This document shows positions 32,862 to 43,752 of a DNA stretch of 64,000 nt, one piece after another (position 1 is the stretch's first letter; each line of letters opens with the position of its first letter). The DNA is from Mobula hypostoma. Taxonomy: Eukaryota. Position numbers and translations under genes: made by a program. Below the pieces are notes generated by a model. The model was not told the origin of the DNA, searched no databases, and was given only the letters and a program-made list of their open reading frames with translations. The DNA lies in NCBI RefSeq assembly GCF_963921235.1, contig NC_086109.1, positions 20,028,001 through 20,092,000 of the forward strand, written 5' to 3'.

Positions 32862-35800
32862 AGAGAGATTTCCAGGAGTTAGGAAGGAAGGAAGCTGAGA
32901 AGCAGGACCTCCAGGGTACTAATCTCAGGATTGCTACCTGTGCCACATGCTAGTGAGGGCAAGAGTAGTCGGATCAGGCAGATGAATGCCTGGCTGAGAG
33001 ACTGGTGTAGGGGGCAGGGCTTCAGATTCTTGGATAATTGGGATCTCTTCTGGGGGAAGTATGACTTGTTCAAAAAGGACAGGTTACACCTGAACCCGAA
33101 GGGGACCAATATCCTGGCGGGAGAGTTTAATAGAGCTGTTAGGGAGGGTTTAAACTAATTTGGCAGGGGGATGGGAACCGGAATGATAGAGCAGAGGAAG
33201 GGGAAAACAGAAATAAATCTAAGATAGTGAGCAGTACAGATGTCAGGAAAGACAGGCAGGTGATGGGGCAAATGTGTAGCCATTGGGATGAGTTGCAGTG
33301 AAATCAAAGCAAGAAGTATCAAATACTGGTCTTAAGGTGTTGTACTTAAATGCACGCAGCATAAGAAATAAGGTGGATGATCTTGTACAGCTACAGATTA
33401 GCAGGTATGATATTGTGGCCATCACTGAGACCTGGCTAAAGGATGCATGTCTCTGGGAGCTGAACGTCCAAGGATACACGATGTATCGGAAGGATAGGAA
33501 GGTAGGCAGAGGGGGAGGCGTGGCTTTATTGGTAACAAATGATATTAAATCATTAGAAAGAGGTGATATAGGATCGGAAAGTGCAGAATCTTTATGGGTT
33601 GAGCTAAGGAATAGCAGGGGTAAAAGGACCCTGATGGCAGTTATTTATAGGCCTCCAAACAGCTGCAGGGATGTGGACTACAAATTACAACTGGAAATAG
33701 AAAAGGCTTGTCAGAAGGGCAGTGTTATGATAATTGTGGGGGATTTTAACATGCGAGTAGATTGGAAAAATCAGGTCAGCACTGGATCTCAAGAGAGAGA
33801 ATTTGTAGAATGTCTGCGAGATGGCTTTTTAGAACAGCTTGTTGTTGAGCCCACTAGGGGATCGGCTGTACTGGATTGGGTATTGTGTAATGAACCGGAG
33901 GTGATTGGAGAGATTGGGGTGAAGGAACCCTTAGGAGACAGTGATCATAACATGATTGAGTTCACTGTGAAATTAGAAAAAGAGAAGCCGAAATCTGATG
34001 TGTCAGTGTTTCAGTGGAGTAAAGGAAACTACAGTGGCATGAGAGAGGAACTGGCAAAGTTGACCGGAAAGAGACACTGGCGGGAAAGACGGCAGAGCAG
34101 CAGTGGCTGGAGTTTATGCGAGAAATGAGGAATGTGCAAGACAAGTATATTCCAAAAAAGAAGAAATTTTCGAGTGGAAAAAGAATGCAACCGTGGTTGA
34201 CAAGAGAAGTCAAAGCCAAAGTTAAAGCTAAGGAGAGGGCATACAAGGAAGCAAAAATTAGTGGGTAGACAGAGGATTGGGAAGTCTTTAAAACCTTACA
34301 AAAGGAAACCAAGAAGGTCATTAAGAGAGAAAAGATTAACTATGAAAGGAAACTAGCAAATAATATCAAAGAGGATACTAAAAGCTTATTCAAGTATATA
34401 AAGAGTAAAAGACAGGGGAGAGTAGATATAGGACCGATAGAAAATGATACTGGAGAAATTGTAATGGGAGGTGAGGAGATGGCAGAGGAACTGAACAAGT
34501 ATTTTGCATCAGTCTTCACTGAGGAAGACAGCAGGATACCGGACACTCAAGGGTGGCAGGGAAGAGAAGTGTGCGCAGTCACAATTACGACAGAGAAAGT
34601 ACTCAGGAAGCTGAATAGGCTAAAGGTCGATAAATCTCCTGGACCAGATGGAATGCACCCTCGTGTTCTGAAGGAAGTTGCTGTGGAGATTGCAGAGGCA
34701 TTAGCGATGATCTTTCAAAAGTCGATAGATTCTGGCATGGTTCCGGAAGACTGGAAGATTGCAAATGTCACTCCGCTATTTAAGGGGGCAAGGAAGCAAA
34801 AAGGAAATTATAGACCTGTTAGCTTGACGTCGGTGGTTGGGAAGTTGTTGGAGTCGATTGTCAAGGATGAGGTTTCAGAGTACCTGGAGGCATATGACAA
34901 GATAGGCAGAACTCAGCATGGATTCCTTAAAGGAAAATCCTGCCTGACAAACCTATTACAATTTTTTGAGGAAATTACCAGTAGGCTAGACAAGGGAGAT
35001 GCAGTGGATGTTGTATATTTGGATTTTCAGAAGGCCTTTAACAAGGTGCCACACATGAGGCTGCTTAACAAGATAAGAGCCCATGGAATTACAGGAAAGT
35101 TACATACATGGATAGAGCGTTGGCTGATTGGCAGGAAACAGAGAGTGGGAATAAAGGGATCCTATTCTGGTTGGCTGCCGGTTACCAGTGGTGTTCCACA
35201 GGGATCAGTGTTGGGGCCGCTTCTTTTTACATTGTACATCAACGATTTGGATTATGGAATAGATGGCTTTGTGGCTAAGTTTGCTGACGATACAAAGATA
35301 GGTGGAGGGGCCGGTAGTGCTGAGGAAACGGAGAGTCTGCAGAGAGACTTGGATAGATTGGAAGAATGGGCAGAGAAGTGGCAAATGAAGTACAATGTTG
35401 GCAAGTGTATGGTTATGCACTTTGGCAGAAAAAATAAACGGGCAGACTATTATTTAAATGGGGAAGGAATTCAAAGTTCTGAGATGCAACGGGATTTGGG
35501 AGTCCTCGTACAGGATTCCCTCCAGGTTGAGTCGGTAGTGAAGAAGGCGAATGCAATGTTGGCATTCATTTCTAGAGGAATAGAGTATAGGAGCAGGGAT
35601 GTGATGTCGAGGCTCTATAAGGCGCTGGTAAGACCTCACTTGGAGTACTGTGGGCAGTTTTGGTCTCCTTATTTAAGAAAGGATGTGCTGACGTTGGAGA
35701 GGGTACGGAGAAGATTCACTAGAATGATTCCAGGAATGAGAGGGTTAACATATGAGGAACGTTTGTCCGCTCTTGGACTGTATTCCTTGGAGTTTAGAAG

Positions 35801-36208
35801 AATGAGGGGAGACCTCATAGAAACATTTCGAATGTTAAAAGGCATGGACAGAATGGATGTGGCAAAGTTGTTTCCCATGATGGGGGAGTCTAGTACGAGA
35901 GGGCATGACTTCAGGATTGAAGGGCACCCTTTCAGAACAGAAATGCGAAAAAATTTTTTTAGTCAGAGGGTGGTGAATCTATGGAATTTGTTGCCACGGG
36001 CAGCTGTGGAGGCCAAGTCACTGGGTGTATTTAAGGCAGAGATTGATAGGTATCTGAGTAGCCAGGGCATCAAAGGTTATGGTGAGAAGGCAGGGCAGTG
36101 GGACTAAATAGGATAAAATGGATCAGCTCATGATAAAATGGCGGAGAAGACTCGATGGGCCGAATGGCCAACTTCTGCTCCTTTGTCTTATTGTCTTATG
36201 GTCTTATG
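32862..36208 (+). mobile_element. Young CR1 LINE: 3' end of ORF1 (SGNH esterase) + nearly complete ORF2 (APE endonuclease + RT)
   Basis: ORF1 end with DRLHLNPKG at 32931-33158; endonuclease LNARSIRNK/ITETWL/GDFN/SDH; RT 34464-36107 with GVPQGSVLGP and FADD; (gtcttatg)n tail. Frameshift near 34060 and TAG near 34266. Confidence 0.95.
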
Positions 36209-36919
36209 GAATTGGGGGTTATTTAATTCCACCTTAGGTATGTTTAATGTTCTGGCCTCCAACGTACTTAAGTAGTGAATATAGAATGCTCTGCCCCAAG
36301 GGAAGAAACTTCTCTAAGTCAGTTTTAAATGACCAAACTCTTATTTTTAACTATATCCTTTTTTTCACAATTGCCATACTTCTAACAATATAGCATCTGC
36401 CCCATTCGGATCTTGTGTTTCAATAAGGTCATCCTTGGTTTTCTAAACTCCAAAGAATACAAGCTTAATAAGGTAACTCACTCATCTTTGAAATAGCCTT
36501 ATCTACTCAACCTCCAATCCCATTATATCCTTTCCAACAAAATGGTTGAGATCAAAACCATGAACAATATTCAAGGTGTAGCCTCACCAACATCTTGTAC
36601 AACTAAAACTCCCCAATTCTTAAATCACAATCCGTTTGCAATAAAAAGGCCAAAACGCAGTTTGCCCTACTTTCTGGATCTATCAGCTAATGATTTGGGC
36701 ACTAGAACTTCTACATACAGTTGCAAGAAAAAGTTTGTGAACCCTTCACAATTACCTGGTCTTCTGCATTATCATAAAATGTGGTTTGATCTTCAACCAC
36801 GTCACAATAATAGACACAATCTGCTTAAACTAATAACACAGTTGTACTTCTCATCAGTACTGAGTATACCATTTAAACAATCACAATCTAGGTTCAAAAA
36901 AGTATGTAAACCTTCAACA

Positions 36920-37700
36920 CCACAAGACATAGGAACAGACTTAGGCCATTCAGCCCATGAGACTGCTCCACCATTCCATCATGGCTGATCCTGGACCCCA
37001 CTCAACCCCATACACCTGCCTTCTCACCATATCCTTTGGTGTCCTGACCGATCAGGAAACTATCAACTTCCGCCTTAAATATACCCATGGACTTGGCCTC
37101 CACTGCAGCCTGTGGCAAGACATTCCACAGATTGATACTCTCTGGCTAAATAAATTCCTCCTTAGCTCTGCTCTAAAAGGTTATGCCTCAATTTTGAGGC
37201 TGTCTGCCCTAGTTCTGGATTCCACACTATAGGAAACATCCTCTTCACATCCACCCTATCTAGTCCTTTCAATATATTTGGTAGGTTTCAATGAAATCCA
37301 CCCATTCTTCTAAATTCCAGTGAATACAGGCCCAAAGCTGCCAAATGCTCATCATTCCCACAATCATCCTTGTGAACTTCCTTCGGATTTTCACCAATGA
37401 CAACACATCCTTTCTGAGATATGGCGCCCAAAACTGTTGACAATACTCCAAGTGCGGCCTATCAGGAGAACACACATCATAGTACAATATTCTGCTTATT
37501 ATTTTGTTCATGATTATTGCACATTATTGAAAATTATTGCACATTGGTAAACTGTGTATATTCTGTACTTTATTATTAGTTAAGTCTGTACACTGCTAAG
37601 TGTGTTTTTAAACATTGCTGCTGTAATGAAAGAATTTCCCACTCAGGATCAATAAAGTATTATTATAAAGCCTCAGCATTATCTCCTTGCTTAATATTCT
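36920..37700 (-). mobile_element. CR1 3' fragment inside the Tc1, itself carrying a ~200-bp LINE 3'-UTR insertion (~37460-37665)
   Basis: RPHLEYCQQFWAPYLRKDVL on the minus strand; internal AT-rich piece ending ggatcaataaagtattatta. Confidence 0.7.
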
Positions 37701-38409
37701 AACCTCCAGGGTAATACCTTCTAAAAAAGCCATTTGGAGTCAGGTGGTCCAATCAATGAGACGAGATTGGAGGTGTGGGTTTTAGAAGTGCCTCGCCCTA
37801 TAAAAAAGACACGCGAAGACAGAGTCTGCTCTACTCAAGAAAGTTGTTTATGTTCACCACACATTGGTCAAAACAATTTTGAGGACCTTAGATGAATTGT
37901 AGAGATGCATGAAGTTGCAAAAGGCTACAAAAGCATTTCTAAAGACCTGAATGTTCATCAGTCTACAGTAAGAGATTATCTACTAATGGAGGAAATTCAG
38001 TACTGTTGCTACTCTCCCAAGAAGTGGGCATCCTACAAAGATCACACCAAGGTCATAACATGCAATGCTGAAGGTGGTGAAAAAGAACCCAAGGGTAACA
38101 GCAAAAGACCTGCAGAAATCTCTACAACTTGCTACAGTCTCTGTTCATGAGCCACTAAGACAAATATTAAATAAGAATGTTGTTCATGGAAGGATACCAC
38201 AGAGGAAACCACTGCTCTCCAAAAATCAAAAGGAAATTAAATTGCTGCATGCCTCAAGTTTGCAGAAGACTACCTGAGTGTTCTGCAACGCTTCTGGACA
38301 GATAAGCTCAGACCGATGGTTTGAGATGTGTATTTTAATGCATGGAATATTATGAACAAAGCAGATGAACTTAGACCTTGGATCAGTTCTTGGAGCTATG
38401 ATGTTGTGG

Positions 38410-39267
38410 TGTTACATGCTCAAGGAGATCTGCTTTTTTTGCGAGAATGATGTAATGGTCTTTTGGAGGTCACCTGATGTGATTTTCCTGCCGATGTGAG
38501 GTCATGTGATGACGTGCCCCGTGACTATATAAGGGTCGACTCAGGTGACGCAGTTAGTTTTTGAGTTTGTAGATTTCCAGGTAGAACATGTTGTGCCTCC
38601 GTTTCTGTTGCATGTTTGTTTTTGTGACACAGTTTCATTTTTTAAAACAGAAAGTGCGTTCTCTTACAAGATATTGTATTATTGGATTGGAAATTTGTGG
38701 TTGGAAGTGCCGATTTACTCAATTCTGACACTTGAAGGGAGAGTGAAGAATTCATCGAAGGATTGAGAGAAGTTGGCATCGTTTGGCAGTTTAATAAAGA
38801 ATCAACCTTACTGAGCCTTCGTTGGAGAGAACCTGCATCGAGATAACTCTTGCAAAAGGACAATGAGTTCATGCAAAAAGGTGCTCTCTCTCTAAAGTAA
38901 TTTAAGTTCAGTCCATTTAAACTGTTTATTTTCGGCATCGGGAATCCTGTGGACAGAACCAATAGTAAAGGTGCATCTGTGAAGAAATCCTTCTCCAGAG
39001 AAGTCTCTCCCAATTGAATGTGTAAAACTGTTGGACTTTCGAAGTTATCGCTTTAAGGACTATATCTGACTTAAGAACTGTTTTCGCATTTAACGCTTTA
39101 AGAACCAGAGCCGAGTGGAGTTGATGAACGGCTGCGTACCTGTTAACCTCCAGTTAAAGTTTTCCTTTGTATTTTTTCCCCTTATCATTTATACGTATTT
39201 AATAAATGTTTGGTTGTTTTTATAAAACCTGTCTCATTTAATATTCGTTGTTGCTGGTTACGTAACA
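38410..39267 (+). mobile_element. Solo LTR (858 bp), probably Gypsy-type
   Basis: TGTTAC...GTAACA inverted termini; 4-bp TSD gtgg (38406-09, 39268-71); TATATAA at 38526; AATAAA at 39201. Confidence 0.85.
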
Positions 39268-40463
39268 GTGGGCATTAAAGAGACTTGGCTGGTTCAGGGG
39301 CAGGAATGGTTACTTCGAGTGCCAGGCTTCAGATGTTTCAGAAAGGACAGGGAGGGAGGCAAAAGAGGGGGTCGTGGCACTGTTGATCAGAGATAATGTC
39401 ATAGCTGCAGAAAAGGAGCAAGTTATGGAGGGATTGTCTACAGAGTCACTGTGGGTGGAAGTTAGGAACTGGAAGGGGGTCAATATATCCACTGGGTGTT
39501 TTTTTTTTATATATATAGACCACCCAATAGTTACAGGGACATCAAGGAGCAGATAGGGAGACAGATTCTGAAAAGGTGTAATAATAACAGGGTTGTTGTG
39601 GTGGGAGATTTTAATTTCCCAAATTTCGACTGGCATCTCCCTAAAGTGAGGGGTTTAGATGGGTTGGAGTTTGTTGGGTTCAGGAAGGTTTCTTGATACA
39701 ATATGTAGATAAGCCTACAAGAGGAGAGGCTGTACGTGATCTAGTATTGGATAATGAAACTGGTCATGTACCAGGTCTCTCAGTGGGAGAGCATTTTGGA
39801 GATAGTGATCACAATTCTATCTCCTTTACCATAGCATTGGAGAGGGATAGGAACAGGCAAGTTAGGAAAGCATTTAACTGGAGTAAGGGGAAATATGAGG
39901 CTATCAGGCAAGAACTTGGAAGCATAAATTGGGAACAGATGTTCTCAGGGAAATGTACAGAAGAAATGTGGTAAATGTTTAGGGGATATTTCCGTGGGGT
40001 TCTGCATAGGTATGTTTCAATGAAACAGGGAAAGGATGGTAGGGTACAGGAAATGTGGTGTGCAAAGGCTGTTGTAAATCTAGTCTGAAGAAGAGCTTAC
40101 GAAAGGTTCAAAAAAGAAAAAAAAACTAGGTAATGACAAGAGATCTAGAAGATTACCAGGCCAGCAGGAAGGAGCTTAAGAAAGAAATTAGGAGAGCCAG
40201 AAGGGACCATGAGAAGGCCTTAGCAGACAGGTTTAAGGAAAAACCCAAGGCATTCTACAAGTTTGTGAAGAGCAAGAGGAAAACACATGACAGAATAGGA
40301 CCAATCAAGTGTGACAGTGGAAAAGTGTGTTTGGAACCAGAGGAGACAGCATAAGTACTTAGAGTCAAACAACAGGAATTCTGCAGATGCTGGAAACTCA
40401 AGCAACACACACAAAAGTTGCTGGTAAACACAGCAGGCCAGGCAGCATCCCCAGGAAGAGGTG

Positions 40464-40501
40464 CAGTTGACGTTTCAGGCCGAGACCCTTCGTCAGGACT
40501 A
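40464..40501 (-). ncRNA. Minimal hammerhead motif, stem I closing pair mutated (GTC-aact)
   Basis: tagtc CTGACGA agggtctcggcct GAAAC GTC aactg. Confidence 0.7.
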
Positions 40502-41025
40502 ACTGAAGGAAAAGTGAGTAAGGGATTTGAAAGTTGGAGGGGGAGGGGGAGGGGGAGATCCAAAATGATAGGAGAAGATAGGAGGGGGAGGGATGGAGCC
40601 AAGAGCTGGACAGGTGATAGGCAAAAGGGGTAAGAGAGGATCATGGGACAGGAGGTCCGGGAAGAAAGACAAGGGGGGGGGGACCCAGAGGATGGGCAAG
40701 GGGTATATTCAGAGGGACAGAGGGAGAAAAAGGAGAGTGAGAGAAAGAATGTGTGTATAAAAATAAGTAACAGATGGGGTACGAGGGGGAGGTGGGGCAT
40801 TAGCGGAAGTTAGAGAAGTCGATGTTCATGCCATCAGGTTGGAGGCTACCCAGACGGAATATAAGGTGTTGTTCCTCCAACCTGAGTGTGGCTTCATCTT
40901 TACAGTAGAGGAGGCCGTGGATTGACATGTCAGAAAGGGAATGGGATGTGGAATTAAAATGTGTGGCCACTGGGAGATCCTGCTTTCTCTGGCGGACAGA
41001 GCATAGATGTTCAGCAAAGCGGTCT

Positions 41026-41203
41026 CACACAAAAGTTGCTGGTGAACGCAGCAGGCCAGGCAGCATCCCCAGGAAGAGGTGCAGTCCACACAAAAGTTGC
41101 TGGTGAATGCAACAGGCCAGGCAGCATCCCCAGGAAGAGGTGCACACAACAAAAGTTGCTGGTGAACGCAGCAGGCCAGGCAGCATCCCCAGGAAGAGGT
41201 GCA
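41026..41203 (-). repeat. Three tandem 58-61 bp copies of the PLE sequence immediately 3' of the hammerhead cleavage site
   Basis: Units 41026-41086, 41087-41144 and 41145-41203; unit 1 is the reverse complement of 42955-43015 (1 mismatch). Confidence 0.93.
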
Positions 41204-42921
41204 CTTCTCACGCTCTTAAACTTTTCGATGATTTTAAGTTCCCTGGCCCCCACCGCTTTATTTTCACCATGGATGTCCAGTCCCTATATACTTCCATCCC
41301 CCATCAGGAAGGTCTCAAAGCTCTATGCTTCTTTTTGGATTCCAGACCTAATCAGTTCCCCTCTACCACCACTCTGCTCCGTCTGGCGGAATTAGTCCTT
41401 ACTCTTAATAATTTCTCCTTTGGCTCCTCCCACTTCCTCCAAACTAAAGGTGTAGCTATGGGCACCTGTATGGGTCCTAGCTATGCCTGCCTTTTTGTTG
41501 GCTTTGTGGAACAATCTATGTTCCGTGCCTATTCTGGTATCTGTCCCCCACTTTTCCTTCGCTACATCGACGACTGCATTGGCGCTGCTTCCTGCACGTA
41601 TGCAGAACTCGTTGACTTTATTAACTTTGCCTCCAACTTTCACCCTGCCCTCAAGTTTACCTGGTCCATTTCCGACACCTCCCTCCCCTCTTTAGATCTT
41701 CCTGTCTCTGTCTCTGGAGACAGCTTATCCACTGATGTCTACTATAAGCCTACTGACTCTCACAGCTATCTGGACTATTCCTCTTCTCACCCCGTCTCTT
41801 GCAAAAATGCCATCCCCTTCTCGCAATTCCTCCATCTCCGCCGCATCTGCTCTCAGGATGAGGCCTTTCATTCTAGGACGAGGGAGATGTCTTCCTTTTT
41901 TAAAAAAAGGGGCTTCCCTTCCTCCACTATCAACTCTGCTCTTAAACGCATCTCCCCCATTTCACATACATCCGCTCTCACTCCATCCTCCCGCCACCCC
42001 ACTAGGAATAGGGTTCCCCTGGTCCTCACCTACCACCCCACCAGCCTCCAGGTCCAACATATTATTCTCTGTAACTTCCGCCACCTCCAACGGGATCCCA
42101 CCACTAAGCACATCTTCCCCCCCCACCCCTCTTTGCATTCCGCAGGGATCGCTCCCTACGCAACTCCCTTGTCCATTCGTCCCCCCCCATCCCTCCCCAC
42201 TGATCTCCCTCCTGGCACTTATCCATGTAAGCGGAACAAGTGCTACACATGCCCTTACACTTCCTCCCTTACCACCATTCAGGGCCCCAAACAGTCCTTC
42301 CAGGTGAGGCAATACTTCACCTGTGAGTCGGCTGGGGTGATATACTGCGTCTGGTGCTCCCGATGTGGCCTTTTATATATTGGCGAGACCCGACGCAGAC
42401 TGGCAGACCGCTTTGCTGAACATCTATGCTCTGTCCGCCAGAGAAAGCAGGATCTCCCAGTGGCCACACATTTTAATTCCACATCCCATTCCCATTCTGA
42501 CATGTCTATCCATGGCCTCCTCTACTGTAAAGATGAAGCCACACTCAGGTTGGAGGAACAACACCTTATATTCCGTCTGGGTAGCCTCCAACCTGATGGC
42601 ATGGAGATCGACTTCTCTAACTTCCGCTAATGCCCCACCTCCTCTTCGTGTCCCATCTGTTACTTATTCTTTATACACACATTCTTTCTCTCACTCTCCT
42701 TTTTCTCCCTCTGTCCCTCTGAATATACCCCTTGCCCATCCTCTGGGTGCCCCCCCCTTGTCTTTCTTCCCCGACCTCCTGTCCCATGATCCTCTCTTAT
42801 CTCTTTTGCCTATCACCTGTCCAGCTCTTGGCTCCATCCCACCCCTCCTGTCTTCTCCTATCATTTTGGATCTCCCCCTCCCCCTCCAACTTTCAAATCC
42901 CTTACTCACTTTTCCTTCAGT

Positions 42922-42959
42922 TAGTCCTGACAAAGGGTCTCGGCCTGAAACGTCGACTG
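42922..42959 (+). ncRNA. Hammerhead motif with core G8->A change (CUGACAA), predicted inactive
   Basis: tagtc CTGACAA agggtctcggcct GAAAC GTC gactg. Confidence 0.7.
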
Positions 42960-43174
42960 CACCTCTTCCTGGGGATGCTGCCTGGCCTGGTGCGTTCACC
43001 AGCAACTTTTGTGTGTGTTGCTTAAGTACTTAGAGTACTTTGTTTCAGTATTCACTATCGAAAATGGTTTTGGCAATTGTAGGGATGACTTACAGTGGCC
43101 TGAAAAGCTTGAGCATGTAGATATTAAGAAAGAGGATGTGCTGGAACCTTTGGAAAGCATCAAGCTGGATAAGT

Positions 43175-43752
43175 CACACACAGCAAAGTTGCTGGTGAAC
43201 GCAGCAGGCCAGGCAGCATCTCTAGCAAGAGGTACAGTCAACGTTTCGGGCCGAGACCCTTCGTCAGGACTAAGTGAAAGAAGAGCTAGTAAGAGATTTG
43301 AAAATGGGAGGGGGAGGGGAGATCCAAAATGATAGGAGAAGACAGGAGGGGGAGGGATGGAGACAAGAGCTGGACAGTTGATTGGGAAAAGGGATACGAG
43401 AGGATCATGGGACAGGAGGCCCAGGGAGAAAGAAAAGGGGGGGGGACCCAGAGGATGGGCATAGTGAGAGGGACACAGGGAGAAAAAGGAGAGAGAGAAA
43501 GAAAGAATGTGTGTATATAAATAAATAAATAACGGATGGGGTACGAGGGGGAGGTGGGGCATCAGTGGAATTTTGAGAAGTCAATGTTCATGCCATCAGG
43601 TTGGAGGCTACCCAGACAGAATATAAGGTGTTGTTCCTCCAACCTGAGTGTGGCTTCATCTTTACAGTAGAGAAGGCCGTGGATAGACACATCAGAATGG
43701 GAATGGGACATGGAATTAAAATGTGTGGCCACTGGGAGATCCTGCTTTCTCT
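43175..43752 (-). mobile_element. PLE 3' fragment replacing a deleted block of CR1 RT
   Basis: CR1 stops at ...LESIKLDKS and resumes at QDIDRIQNWAEKW; no TSD; GIY-YIG end plus 3' UTR in between. Confidence 0.88.
43235..43272 (-). ncRNA. Minimal hammerhead motif with GUU triplet and perfect AACGTT palindrome, RAP1A sense strand
   Basis: tagtc CTGACGA a gggt ctcg gccc GAAAC GTT gactg. Confidence 0.8.

Larger units (their letters stand above)
40366..43022. mobile_element. Composite PLE insertion: inverted 3' fragment (40366-41026, -), three tandem tail copies (41026-41203, -), 5'-truncated RT-GIY-YIG copy (41204-43022, +)
   Basis: 14-bp TSD taagtacttagagt at 40352-65 and 43023-36; ORF to 42630 with RYIDD, CKRNKCYTC and LLYIGET. 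Confidence 0.93.

Noticed and set aside
41026..41203. CRISPR-like array
   Set aside because: No unique spacers or cas genes; vertebrate context; the units are copies of the PLE tail.
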